In this document: piece by piece, positions 52,101 through 60,693 of the stretch
How the letters are laid out: every line of letters starts with the position of its first letter
Numbering within the stretch: the first letter of the stretch is position 1
DNA from: a bacterium
GTDB taxonomy: Bacteria; Patescibacteriota; Minisyncoccia; Phycocordibacterales; Phycocordibacteraceae
Assembly (NCBI GenBank): GCA_021802705.1
Contig: JAJZRL010000003.1
Location: forward strand, 14,142-78,141
DNA: 64,000 nucleotides
Direction: 5' to 3'
Translations under genes and position numbers: made by a program
Notes under the pieces: model-generated
What the model saw: the letters and a program-made list of their open reading frames with translations, nothing else
What the model was told of the DNA's origin: nothing
The model's database searches: none

Positions 52101-52350
52101 CATACGTGCGCATGTTTTCGCGGGCAAACCCCTCATCGTACTTCGGCTCGCCCATTTCGAGATTTTCGAAATGAAGCTCGAACTTCCTCCCGGAATAGTC
52201 GGTAATCGGCGAGAACTCTTTCAACAGCTCCTTAAAACCATCCTTGAGGAGCCAGTCGAACGAGACGCGCTGATGTCCCACGAGATCAGGAAATGACACG
52301 AGTGGTGCTCGATAAGCGCCGAACGTTTTTTGGACGAGGTTCTTATGCAT
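49168..52350 (-). CDS. rpoB: DNA-directed RNA polymerase subunit beta
   Basis: ~1060 aa with conserved beta-subunit blocks (GRHGNKGV, rifampicin-cluster region, C-terminal MLTIKSDD). The ORF-track start is a TTG; the first ATG (MHKNLVQ) is at 52350. Confidence 0.95.
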   Translation of the reverse strand: MHKNLVQKTFGAYRAPLVSFPDLVGHQRVSFDWLLKDGFKELLKEFSPITDYSGRKFELHFENLEMGEPKYDEGFARENMRTYEAPIKASIKLINKTLGSEKSQELFLADMPIMTPHGSFIVSGVERAIVPQLARSFGAFFVSEIIRGRQYFGAKIIPLRGVWIEIDSEADGAIFVRIDRKRKFPITELLTVFGGGIREAALKHFEDDPRALAALQATLVHDEAKSIEEAYIEIHRRMRDGDLTTPENAKNFVQALFSAERYDLGKVGRHRLNARFGLPTSEKALEKRTLSLADFVRIIKEITALNEDPSARPDDIDHLGFRRVRFVGELLQSRMRIGMSRMKRNIQDRMSTIESETTLPMALVNPRPFQASVHEFFTANQLSQFMDQQNILAELENMRTFSALGPGGLTRERAGFEVRDVHPSHYGRLCPIHTPEGQNIGLILHMATHARTNDFGVIETPYVRVKNGKASGDIVYLNALDEENEIIAHGATKLDDDGRIVPDSVEARHKGEPVIVAREAVTLMDASTYQMFSIATSMIPFVNHDDANRALMGSNMQKQATPVLIPEAPLVATGVEAHAARSTGRLILAEEAGEVTYVDARAIVVKNKDEKAKEYRLQGLTQTNQNSAFMQRPSVRVGEKVKKGDVLADNSSTDQGQLALGQNVRVAFMSWNGANYEDAIVISERLVEDAKFTTVHIEDFDCIVRDTKLGPETTTHDIPNVGELRLKNLDEEGVIRIGAEVRPGDILVGKVTPKGETQLTPEERLLRSIFGDKAKDVKDTSLRMEGGKRGRVIGVRVFSREKGDQLESGIIKKIIVTVAQVRNVSVGDKLAGRHGNKGVISRVLPVADMPYDKDGNPVDILLTPLGVPSRMNLGQILEMHLGLAAHTLGYQAIVPPFAGATADEIRDELQAAGFSRSGKMKLYDGRTGDAFAQEIAVGYMYILKLHHMVEDKIHMRSIGPYSLITQQPLGGKAQNGGQRFGEMEVWALLGYGAAYTLREMLTIKSDDIQGRSAAFDAIVKDETISHTGTPASFSVLTNQIRGLALDVEPMNLPPADTSDA

Positions 52351-52540
52351 GATCGTTGACGGGTGAAGCAAACCGAATAATGAATGAAAATCTTATATAA
52401 ATACAAACGCACGGACACGAATCCGCTCTCGCGTTTTTCCAGCTCACTTATATGCAAGTTGTCGCCCTCCGTGACTCACTCGTATCTGATGCCTGTAGTG
52501 TACCAGACCACCCCTCCCGAGCGCAAGCGGTTGGGGATAA

Positions 52541-53191
52541 TCACTTCTTGGATCGCCAGGAATCGATCTTCGCGTGATGGCCGGTCTTAAGGACGGCGGG
52601 AATCTTGTACTTTTTCTTTTTATACAAAATAGTTTCGGGGCGGGTGTAGACGGCGGCGGAGGCGATGCGACGCTCTTCGACGGAAGCGTCCTTGCCGAGG
52701 ACGCCCGGGAGGCGGCGGGTCACCGCGTCGACGACCGCCATTGCCGGGAGCTCGCCGCCGGTATAGACAGCTTCGCCGACCGCATATTCTTTCACCGGCG
52801 CGACGGTCTTTAGGATTTTTTTCGCGCGTTCATCGATGCCTTCGTACCGCCCGCAGACAAGCACGATATCGTGATATCGCGCGAGCCTGTCGGCTTCTTT
52901 GTTGGTAAATTGCTTCGCGCTCGGGCTAAACCAGACGATGACGCTCTTTTCTTTCTTCTTGCCTCCAAGCGCCTTTGTGACCGCTCTCACCACCGGCATA
53001 GCCTGCATCACCATGCCCGGCCCGCCGCCATACGGACGTTCATCGACTTTCCCCCACGCGTTATCGACGAAATCGCGCGGATTCCGATACGCTATCGATA
53101 CTTTCTTCCCTTTTCGGGCACGACCGAGAATGGACGCCGAAAGATATGCTTCGCACGCCTCCTCGAAAAGAGTGATGATGTGGAGTTTCAC
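52541..53191 (-). CDS. trmD: tRNA (guanine37-N1)-methyltransferase
   Basis: SPOUT knot motifs (VWFSPSAKQF, LVCGRYEGIDER, YTRPE). Confidence 0.85.
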   Translation of the reverse strand: MKLHIITLFEEACEAYLSASILGRARKGKKVSIAYRNPRDFVDNAWGKVDERPYGGGPGMVMQAMPVVRAVTKALGGKKKEKSVIVWFSPSAKQFTNKEADRLARYHDIVLVCGRYEGIDERAKKILKTVAPVKEYAVGEAVYTGGELPAMAVVDAVTRRLPGVLGKDASVEERRIASAAVYTRPETILYKKKKYKIPAVLKTGHHAKIDSWRSKK

Positions 53192-53193
53192 GC

Positions 53194-53490
53194 TTACAGC
53201 TCGTCGACTACCTGATCGACGGTTTTCTCATGCTCGCGAGGGCTACCGACCGGCTCATTGATCTTCAGATTGACGCGAGCGCTGCTTTTCATCCCGACAA
53301 CCCTCAAGAGGATACGGAGCGCCTCGGCGGTCTTGCCGCTCTTCCCGATGATCTTGCCCATGTCGTCCGGATGCACGGTGAGCGTGAGGAGTACGCCCAT
53401 CTGATCAATGGTGCGAGTCGTCTCGACCGCTTCGGGATGATCGACAAGCGCACGCACTGCGTATTCGAGAAATGCTTGGTCTGGTTCCAT
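53194..53490 (-). CDS. KH-domain RNA-binding protein (YlqC/UPF0109-like)
   Basis: GKIIGKSGKTAEALRILL (KH GxxG loop). Conserved position between rpsP and trmD. Confidence 0.7.
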   Translation of the reverse strand: MEPDQAFLEYAVRALVDHPEAVETTRTIDQMGVLLTLTVHPDDMGKIIGKSGKTAEALRILLRVVGMKSSARVNLKINEPVGSPREHEKTVDQVVDEL

Positions 53491-53556
53491 GGTGAAGATT
53501 TTAACACTTCTGACCTCTCCTCTGTATGCGTGGAGGGGCGGGCGGCCCCTCTCCGC

Positions 53557-54000
53557 TTAAACCGCCTCGGGTTCAACCGGCACCTCTTGTTCGGCCGGAA
53601 CGGGCGCGTCGGCGGTTTCTTGCGACGCTTCCGCAGCTTCCTCTGCCGGAGCCGTTTCCGTTGCGGAAGACGCCTTTTCTGGCATAGGCGCCGGCGCCTG
53701 GGCCGCCGGCTCTTCCTTCTTTTTGAGCGGGGTCTTTTTCGGAAGAGCGTTCACTTTTTTCCCTTCGGTAATCCCCTTGCTTATAAGAAGGTTGTGGATC
53801 GAATCGGTCGGCTGGGCGCCATGAGAAATCAGCTCCTTCACGCGCGCTTCGTTCAAGGTAAGCGCCTTGCTTTTCGGATTGTAGGTGCCAAGCAGCTCGG
53901 TGATGCCGCCGGCCTTCGCCGCCCGCGCTTTTTCCAAAAGCACGATGCGAAACGCCGGATCATTGGTCCGGCCGATGCGTTGAAATCGGATCCTCAACAT
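53557..54000 (-). CDS. rpsP: 30S ribosomal protein S16 with ~65-aa Ala/Pro/Glu-rich C-terminal extension
   Basis: MLRIRFQRIGRTNDPAFRIVLLEKARA...LGTYNP matches the S16 core; low-complexity tail. Confidence 0.85.
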   Translation of the reverse strand: MLRIRFQRIGRTNDPAFRIVLLEKARAAKAGGITELLGTYNPKSKALTLNEARVKELISHGAQPTDSIHNLLISKGITEGKKVNALPKKTPLKKKEEPAAQAPAPMPEKASSATETAPAEEAAEASQETADAPVPAEQEVPVEPEAV

Positions 54001-54083
54001 GGAGGCGACTATAGCAGAAGCTTCGTAATATTGCTAGAGTAGCTATCGTGACAAGCAAACGACTCTACGAAGGACCGATAACG

Positions 54084-56036
54084 ATGACCAAGAAAGGTAT
54101 CGGGTTTTTCTCTTTCGACGAAGAGAAAGAAGACCTCATTATCCCGCCGGAATGGACGAACCATGCTCTCGCGGGCGACATCGTGAAGGTAGAGCCTGTC
54201 GGGGATTACCGCGATCCGTTCGGTCGCATGCCGCCTCGCTCTGCAGGAAAGGTCGTTGCGATAGTCTCCCGCGCCCGTGAGACATTCGTCGGTACGCTCA
54301 TGGAAGAAGCCGGGAAGGCGCTGCTCGCGCCCGATTACAAAAAGATGCATGTTCCGCTCGAAATTCGGGACTGGAAAGTCAGACTTTCCGAACTCGGAAA
54401 GTCTGACTTTCCAGCCGGTTACAAGGTGCTCGTGCGTATGAAAGGCTGGGAAGAGGGCGCGGCGTATCCGTGGGGCGTCATCGAGGATATTATCGGCAAG
54501 GCTGGCGTGCATGAGACCGAGATGCGTGCTCTCGCCTTGGGTCAGGGATTCTCAAGCGACTTCCCTCCTGGCGTTAAGAGCGAAGCAAAACGCCTTGAGG
54601 AAAATGGCGCCGCGTTGCTTGAAGCGGAAATCACGGATGCCGCTCGATCCGGGCGGCGCCGCGATTTCAGAAACGTTACCACCTGCACCATCGACCCCTT
54701 CGATGCGAAGGACTTCGACGATGCGCTTTCGGTCCGGAAACTCGATGCCGACATGGTCGAAGTCGGCGTGCATATCGCCGATGTTTCCTTTTTCGTGAAG
54801 CCCGACAGCGCGCTTGATAAAGAGGCGCGGGAACGCGCGACGAGCGTCTACCTCGTCGACCGCACTATCCCGATGCTCCCTGAAATCCTCTCGAACGATC
54901 TCTGCTCGCTTAAGCCGGAAGAAGACCGGCTCGCCGTCTCCGCCGTCTTCACGCTCGACCGCGACGCCAACATAAAAGAAGCGTGGTTCGGCGAAACCGT
55001 CATTCATTCTGACAAGCGCTTCACCTACGAAAACGCGCAGGAGGTGCTTGATGCCGGTTCCGGTAGTCTCCACGAAGAGCTTGCGACGCTTCTCGATCTC
55101 TCGAAGAAGATCCGTGCGCGACGCCAGGCGAAGGGCGCTATCGAATTCGATACCGCCGAAGTGAAGGTCGAGCTCGACGAGGCGGGCAAGCCCGTCGCTA
55201 TCCGTCTCAAAGAACGCAAGGCGACCAACCTTCTTATCGAAGACTTCATGCTCCTCGCGAATGAAGCCGTGGCGAAGCATCTCTCCGAACTTACCGCAAA
55301 CGGCGGTCCGCACTTCTCGTCGCTCTATCGCGTCCACGACGAACCCGACGCCGACCGTATCGAAAACCTCGCGAACCTCCTGCGCGTTATGGGCTACCGC
55401 TTGGAAACCTCGGGCAGAGGGAAGGTCACCGGAGCCGAGCTGAACAAGCTTCTCGAGACGGTGAGAGGCACGCCTGAGGAATACCTCGTAAAGACAGCGA
55501 CGCTGCGCTCGATGAGCAAGGCTATCTACGCGACACGCAATATAGGCCACTTCGGTCTTGCCTTCGAGTATTACACCCACTTTACCTCGCCGATCCGCCG
55601 CTACCCCGACCTCATCATTCACCGGCTCGTGAAAGCGCACACGGGCGGCAGCCCGATTACTGAACGTGAGATGCGGGAGTTCGATGCGCTTGCGATCCAC
55701 TCCTCCGAACGCGAAGTCGCCGCGGCGGACGCCGAACGCGACTCGGTCAAGATGAAACAAGTCGAATTCCTCGCAGGCCGCATCGGAGAAGAGTTTAATG
55801 CGGTTATCTCCGGCGTCACCGAACGCGGCCTCTATGTCGAAGAGCAAACGACGCATGCCGACGGCATGATCCGCATCAAAGACGTCGGCGACGATTATTT
55901 CGAATACGACGAAAAACATTACCGGCTTGTCGGACGCCGTACGAAAAAAACGTACCGGCTCGGCGACCCTGTCAAAGTGAAGCTCATCGCCGCCCGTATC
56001 CCTGAAAAGGAACTGGATTTCGTGCCGGTGCCGTAA
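54084..56036 (+). CDS. rnr: Ribonuclease R (RNB family 3'-5' exoribonuclease)
   Basis: Cold-shock-like N-domains, RNB catalytic domain (DDALSVRKL..., HFGLAFEYYTHFTSPIRRYPDLIIHR), C-terminal S1 domain. Start at MTKKGIGFF with GAAGGA RBS. Confidence 0.9.
   Translation: MTKKGIGFFSFDEEKEDLIIPPEWTNHALAGDIVKVEPVGDYRDPFGRMPPRSAGKVVAIVSRARETFVGTLMEEAGKALLAPDYKKMHVPLEIRDWKVRLSELGKSDFPAGYKVLVRMKGWEEGAAYPWGVIEDIIGKAGVHETEMRALALGQGFSSDFPPGVKSEAKRLEENGAALLEAEITDAARSGRRRDFRNVTTCTIDPFDAKDFDDALSVRKLDADMVEVGVHIADVSFFVKPDSALDKEARERATSVYLVDRTIPMLPEILSNDLCSLKPEEDRLAVSAVFTLDRDANIKEAWFGETVIHSDKRFTYENAQEVLDAGSGSLHEELATLLDLSKKIRARRQAKGAIEFDTAEVKVELDEAGKPVAIRLKERKATNLLIEDFMLLANEAVAKHLSELTANGGPHFSSLYRVHDEPDADRIENLANLLRVMGYRLETSGRGKVTGAELNKLLETVRGTPEEYLVKTATLRSMSKAIYATRNIGHFGLAFEYYTHFTSPIRRYPDLIIHRLVKAHTGGSPITEREMREFDALAIHSSEREVAAADAERDSVKMKQVEFLAGRIGEEFNAVISGVTERGLYVEEQTTHADGMIRIKDVGDDYFEYDEKHYRLVGRRTKKTYRLGDPVKVKLIAARIPEKELDFVPVP
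54371..54414. repeat. 44-bp perfect palindrome (21-bp arms, 2-nt centre) inside the rnr coding sequence
   Basis: CTGGAAAGTCAGACTTTCCGA-ac-TCGGAAAGTCTGACTTTCCAG. Each arm is itself palindromic. The same peptide WKVRLSE(L/F)GKSDFP is encoded on both strands (see antisense ORF 54009..54512). Confidence 0.8.
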
Positions 56037-56072
56037 ACCCAACTTGGCGGTGAAACCGCCAAGTTGGGTTTA
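56034..56072 (+). repeat. Palindromic hairpin repeat, copy C (17-bp stem AACCCAACTTGGCGG-TGAAA-CCGCCAAGTTGGGTT), overlapping the rnr stop codon
   Basis: Contains the same CTTGGCGGTGAAACCGCCAAG core as copies A and B, extended to a 17-bp stem. No T-run follows. Confidence 0.75.
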
Positions 56073-56078
56073 AGAAAG

Positions 56079-56107
56079 ACCGCTACGCTTTGCGCGTAGC
56101 GGTTTTA
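56079..56107 (+). terminator. Rho-independent terminator of rnr
   Basis: ACCGCTACGC-TTTGC-GCGTAGCGGT followed by TTTTA. Confidence 0.75.
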
Positions 56108-56113
56108 TGAACA

Positions 56114-56371
56114 CTAGACATAAAAATAATTCTTCAGGAGATCCTCTTGCAGGTTGCGGCCCTGTGTAACAGAGAGAACTTTCCCGTCCCGAATACTCAG
56201 GATATCTCCGTCATAGACCCATCCGCCTTTTCTCCATCTGCGTTTCAGCACACAGAGAAAACATGTATACCTGCTGGTGGACATCGACGGGATTTCGTAC
56301 GTGTGCCAAAGCCGGTATTTCGGCTCCGGTCGCGGACTGAATAACTGTTCTACAACATTCGCAAAGAACAT
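56114..56371 (-). CDS. Hypothetical small protein (85 aa) in an AT-rich pocket
   Basis: Excellent RBS (ggaaGAGGAGGtaaaaATG). Basic, with a CxxC pair (YTCFLCVLKRRWRKGGW). No family recognised. Confidence 0.5.
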   Translation of the reverse strand: MFFANVVEQLFSPRPEPKYRLWHTYEIPSMSTSRYTCFLCVLKRRWRKGGWVYDGDILSIRDGKVLSVTQGRNLQEDLLKNYFYV

Positions 56372-56458
56372 TTTTACCTCCTCTTCCTAAAAAGCACGGG
56401 GAACAGCACTCTAGCAAAAAATCCTCGAATACGGAACTGTCCGTTTGCCCTCTTGGCC

Positions 56459-58657
56459 CTATTTCGCCACGGCGACAGCCTCGTCGAATTTGACGGAGAG
56501 GAGCTTGCTCATCCCGTCGCCGCCCATGGTAACGCCGTAGAGAATGCCGGCGCGGCTCATGGTTTCGCGATTATGGGTGATGACGATGAGCTGCGATTTC
56601 CTCGCGAGATTCTCGATCATGTCGCCATAGCGGCGGCTGTTCGCTTCGTCGAGCGCGGCATCGGTCTCATCCAGTATCAGGAAAGGTGGCGGGTTCACCT
56701 GGCTCATCGCAAAGATGAGCGCGATCGACGTAAGCGCGCGCTCCCCGCCTGAGAGCTGCATGAGAGAACGCACTTTCTTCTTCGGAAGATTGACGGTGAT
56801 TTCGATCCCCGACCGTTCTTCTCCCGTTCCGGCGGGCACGCCCTCTTCCCCCTCCTCGATATCGAGCGGTTCCGGTTCTTCAAGCGCGAGTCGCGCCGAA
56901 CCCCCGTCGAACATGAGTGTGAAGTATTCGTTGAACGACGCGTTCACTTGCGCGAGCCCGTCAGAAAAGTGCTTGGCGAGTTCGGCGTTCAGGTCGTCGA
57001 TAAGTTCGTTCAACCCCGTCGCGGATTTCGTCAGATCCTCGAGCTCTTTCGCAAAAAATGCCTCGCGTAAGGCGACCTCCTTGTGTTCTTTCTGGATGTC
57101 CTCGCCCATCCCGCCGGCTTCTTCGAGACGGATCTTCAAACGCTCGATCGCCCGGCTGCGCTCTTCCTGTGCCTGTCGGTCTTCATGAACCGGAGAGGAT
57201 AGGGGCTCATAAGAAAGCGCTTCCGCTCCGCCCACCGCAAACGCCTCGGCTTTGCCGCGTTCGAGCGCCTCTTCGCGGAGCGTCCGTTCGTGTTCGCGCG
57301 CCTCGCTTAACGAGAGTGCGCTTTCCTCATGCGCTTTCGCCTGTGCGAGCTCGAGGATGCGGCGCTGAAGCTCTTTGCCGGTCTCGTCGTGCGCGGTAAG
57401 CGCCTCCCGAGCCCGAGTAAGAGCAGATTTTGCCCGTTCGAGCCGCTCGGCAAGCGCCGTTTCTTTCGCGGCGAGCTCGGTGCGCTCGTTCTCAAGCACG
57501 TAGACGGCATGTTCTTCTTCGGAGAGGACATCGTCGGTCGGAACGATAAAACGATCGATGAACGCCCGAATCGCGGTTCCTATCGCGTGAAGCGCCGCGA
57601 GGACGGCATCGGGATTCTCTGCGTGTGCCGCCTGTTTTTGAGACTCTTCGGCGAGAGCGATAAGGTCTTCGCGAGGCACCTTTACGTACGGCTCATGCGC
57701 CGTTTTCGCGTGATGGTGTTTGGCGGCGGAAAGCGCTCCTTCGATGCGTCCGATTTCCCGCAGGAGCGGGGTTCGTTCGTTTGAGATGCTCTCGACAGCG
57801 GCTTCGGCTGCGCGCGCCGCCTCAAGGCGCTTCATGCCTTCGGCATCGGTCGTCGCGCGCTCTTCTATGAAGGAGAGTTCGGCGGCAACGGTGGCGAGAC
57901 GTTCCGCCGCTTTCCGTTTCTCTTCCGAAGCGGAGCGCTTCTCATGCTCGAGATAAGCGTCTTCGACCGCGAAATAGGTCCGCGCGAGCGTAACGAATTC
58001 TTCTCGGAGCGCACGAGAACGTTCTATTTTCTCGACCTGTCTCTCAAGAAACCGCAGGTGCGGAGCTATCTCCCGCCGGAGCGAGTTCACCTGAGCGATA
58101 TTCTCTTCGGTCTTTACGAGTTTCCGCTGCGCTTCCTGCTTTTTGAATTCGTACACCTTGAGCCCGAGAGCGTCTTCGAGCATCGCCCGGCGTTCGCGCG
58201 GCGAGGAGAGCAGGATGCGATCCGCTTCGCCCTGAGAGATGATGTGATGGCTCGTGCCGCCGATGTTCGCACCGGAGAGCAGCTCCTCGACATCGCGCAG
58301 ACGCACGCGCGACCCGTTGATGGAATACTCGCTCGTTCCGTCGCGAAAGACCGCGCGCTCGATGACGACTTCATCAAAATCGATGTTGAAAGACCGCCGG
58401 GTATTGTCGAACGCGACGGCGACCGAGGCGCGCGAAGCGCGAGGCATCGAGTGCGATCCGCCCCAGATGAGATCTTCGGTACGCTTGCCGCGCATGCTCT
58501 TCATCGACTGTTCTCCGAGCGCGAAGCGAAACGCTTCGGCGAGATTGCTTTTCCCCGAACCGTTCGGCCCCACGATAGCCGTGGTCGCGTTGCCGAAATC
58601 CAAAACCGTCTTCTTGGCGAACGATTTGAATCCGACGATCTCCAATCGTTTGAGCAT
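56459..58657 (-). CDS. smc: SMC-family chromosome-segregation ATPase, short (732 aa) variant
   Basis: N-terminal MLKRLEIVGFKSF...GPNGSGKSN (Walker A), long coiled-coil, C-terminal LSGGERALTSIAL...LILDETDAALD (signature and Walker B). About 450 aa shorter than canonical SMC. Confidence 0.75.
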   Translation of the reverse strand: MLKRLEIVGFKSFAKKTVLDFGNATTAIVGPNGSGKSNLAEAFRFALGEQSMKSMRGKRTEDLIWGGSHSMPRASRASVAVAFDNTRRSFNIDFDEVVIERAVFRDGTSEYSINGSRVRLRDVEELLSGANIGGTSHHIISQGEADRILLSSPRERRAMLEDALGLKVYEFKKQEAQRKLVKTEENIAQVNSLRREIAPHLRFLERQVEKIERSRALREEFVTLARTYFAVEDAYLEHEKRSASEEKRKAAERLATVAAELSFIEERATTDAEGMKRLEAARAAEAAVESISNERTPLLREIGRIEGALSAAKHHHAKTAHEPYVKVPREDLIALAEESQKQAAHAENPDAVLAALHAIGTAIRAFIDRFIVPTDDVLSEEEHAVYVLENERTELAAKETALAERLERAKSALTRAREALTAHDETGKELQRRILELAQAKAHEESALSLSEAREHERTLREEALERGKAEAFAVGGAEALSYEPLSSPVHEDRQAQEERSRAIERLKIRLEEAGGMGEDIQKEHKEVALREAFFAKELEDLTKSATGLNELIDDLNAELAKHFSDGLAQVNASFNEYFTLMFDGGSARLALEEPEPLDIEEGEEGVPAGTGEERSGIEITVNLPKKKVRSLMQLSGGERALTSIALIFAMSQVNPPPFLILDETDAALDEANSRRYGDMIENLARKSQLIVITHNRETMSRAGILYGVTMGGDGMSKLLSVKFDEAVAVAK

Positions 58658-58675
58658 CAGTGCAGATTATAGCGC

Positions 58676-58704
58676 ATATAAAAAGCTCCCCGTGCTTGGG
58701 GAGC
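58676..58704 (-). terminator. Terminator of the small membrane-protein gene
   Basis: AGCTCCCC-GTGCTT-GGGGAGCT followed on the minus strand by TTTTATAT. Confidence 0.6.
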
Positions 58705-58723
58705 TCGAAGGCCGCTTGGCTAT

Positions 58724-58963
58724 TCACCACACATCAACCGCTTCTGAGCACAAGAAATAAATGAGGGCAGCGATGCTGATGAAGACCATGCCGACAAGGG
58801 CGAGGATCGTTGCTAGCGTATAAATGCCGATCGACACGATAAGTACGATTCCAATCAAACAAAGTATGGTGAGGAAACCGGACACTATATCCAGGACGAG
58901 AACAACGTCAGAAGGCAAGGCTCTTTGCAGACGCGATACGCCTTTTTTCAGAAACTTTTTCAC
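58724..58963 (-). CDS. Small two-TM membrane protein (79 aa, GTG start)
   Basis: AGGAGG 8 nt upstream of a GTG start codon; two hydrophobic helices. Confidence 0.5.
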   Translation of the reverse strand: MKKFLKKGVSRLQRALPSDVVLVLDIVSGFLTILCLIGIVLIVSIGIYTLATILALVGMVFISIAALIYFLCSEAVDVW

Positions 58964-59023
58964 GACTATCCTCCTATAAGTAAGGGATTTGGAACGAGCG
59001 GGAACTCTAAAAAAATAATAAAC

Positions 59024-59713
59024 CTATAAACCTAGTTTGTCAAGAGCTGCAACGGCGGCGGCCTGCTCCGCTTCCTGTTTGCTCTGCCCTTCTCCGCGGG
59101 CCGCTTCGTCGTCGCCGACGAAAACGCCGACGGTAAAACGTTTTGCATGATCGGGTCCTTCCTCCGAAAGCGTCTTGTAGAAAGGGGTGAGGCCGCGCCT
59201 TTCTTGTACGACTTCCTGGAAACGGCTCTTGGCGTCCTGGTAGGATCCTTCCGCGATCACTTCGTCGATCTTGCCATAGAGATGTTTTGCGACAAACGCT
59301 TCGGCCGCGTCGTACCCCTGGTCGAGATAGAGAGCGCCGATAATCGCCTCGAACGCGTCTGCGAGAATGACTTCGCGCGCCCGGCCGGTGTCTTTTGCCT
59401 CACCCTTCGAAAGCAGCAGGAAGGTGTTGAGATCAAGCGAACGGGCCGCTTCGGCAAGCGAGACGGTATTCACGAGCGCGGCACGGTAGCTCGTAAGCTC
59501 GCCTTCCGGAGTAATCGGAAATTTCCTGAATAGGAAATCGGTCGCCGCTAACTCAAGGACCGCATCGCCGAGAAATTCGAGCCTCTCGTTATGGTTCCCC
59601 GCATAATCGCGGTGTTCATTCAGATATGAGCGGTGCGTAAGAGCCTCGACGAGGATGCCGAGATCGTTGAACGTGATACCGAGCCTGGAGGCGAGAGAAG
59701 CGAAGTCAGGCAT
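59024..59713 (-). CDS. rnc: Ribonuclease III
   Basis: RNase III signature ERLEFLGDAVLELAAT and a C-terminal dsRBD. Confidence 0.9.
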   Translation of the reverse strand: MPDFASLASRLGITFNDLGILVEALTHRSYLNEHRDYAGNHNERLEFLGDAVLELAATDFLFRKFPITPEGELTSYRAALVNTVSLAEAARSLDLNTFLLLSKGEAKDTGRAREVILADAFEAIIGALYLDQGYDAAEAFVAKHLYGKIDEVIAEGSYQDAKSRFQEVVQERRGLTPFYKTLSEEGPDHAKRFTVGVFVGDDEAARGEGQSKQEAEQAAAVAALDKLGL

Positions 59714-60605
59714 GAACGTGCTCGCCCGTGAGGAGGATCTGGACAGCTTGAGTCACAATGGGGAGCATATCATCATAGAAATTGAGGTCAATGATGTCCT
59801 GGAGACGGAACCATTTCGCATCGTCGAGCCCTCCGCTCTTTTTGAGCGTGATCGGCTCGAAGCTGGTTGAGGCGAGGAAAAACCAGACATGCTTGCGGAT
59901 CTTCCCCTTTTCCGGATGCGATGCGACATACTCGTTTTCTCCCACCTGGCTTTCCACGCGCGCCTCAAGACCGAGTTCCTCCTTGATGATGCGCGCAACG
60001 CCCTCTTCCGGCGTCGCGTCATGCTCGATATGGCCTTTCGAGAGAGTCCATCGCCCGAAAACATCGTGGACGAGCGCAAGGTAGTACTGTCCGTCGTGTT
60101 TGGCGTAGACGATAGCGCCACCCATCTTCTCCAAAGGAAGCTCTTCCTGCTTGAGCTTCTTGGAACCCTGCTCATCCTTCCCCGGCTCGCCAAGCTCCTT
60201 GTATACCGCTCCCAATACGCCGTTCACGAACCGCCCGGAAGAATCGCCTCCGAAAGTCTTCGCGAGCTCGATAGCCTCGTTGATGGCGACCTTGGCTGGC
60301 ACCTGCGTACGGTCGGAAAACAAGAGCTCGAAAAGACCGAGGCGCAAGATGTTGCGGTCGACCGGAGCGATGCGGTCGAGCGGCCATTCGGGAGCGGCTT
60401 TCCCGATGACGAGATCGATATCGTTTCTTTTCGCGAGAACGCCGGAGAGCAGCTGTTCCATGAACGGGTAGTCGGTGTCATCGCTGCCGAATTCCGTCCG
60501 GTTGCGCGCAAGGATAGCGGTGGCATCGTTATCAGATGCATGGGTGGTATCCCACTCGAAAAGCGTCTGTAAAACGATAGAGCGCGCCAAATGTCGATTC
60601 GCCAT
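59706..60605 (-). CDS. nusB: NusB (transcription antitermination) domain fused to C-terminal NUDIX hydrolase domain
   Basis: NusB fold residues 1-150 (ARSIVLQTLFEWD...INEAIELAKTFGGDSSGRFVNGVLGAV), then Nudix box GHIEHDATPEEGVARIIKEELGL (Gx5Ex7REUxEExGU). Overlaps the rnc start by 8 nt. Confidence 0.75.
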   Translation of the reverse strand: MANRHLARSIVLQTLFEWDTTHASDNDATAILARNRTEFGSDDTDYPFMEQLLSGVLAKRNDIDLVIGKAAPEWPLDRIAPVDRNILRLGLFELLFSDRTQVPAKVAINEAIELAKTFGGDSSGRFVNGVLGAVYKELGEPGKDEQGSKKLKQEELPLEKMGGAIVYAKHDGQYYLALVHDVFGRWTLSKGHIEHDATPEEGVARIIKEELGLEARVESQVGENEYVASHPEKGKIRKHVWFFLASTSFEPITLKKSGGLDDAKWFRLQDIIDLNFYDDMLPIVTQAVQILLTGEHVHA

Positions 60606-60693
60606 GGAAAGATCTGTGCGCGTAAGTATAGCAAATATTGCGCTGACGCAATGTTTATATGTGCAAAATAAAAAGAAAACGAGACCTGTCCGC

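Noticed and set aside
54009-54512. 167-aa minus-strand ORF antisense to the 5' part of rnr
   Set aside because: Created by the 44-bp palindrome (it shares the peptide WKVRLSEFGKSDFP). No RBS, antisense to a conserved gene.
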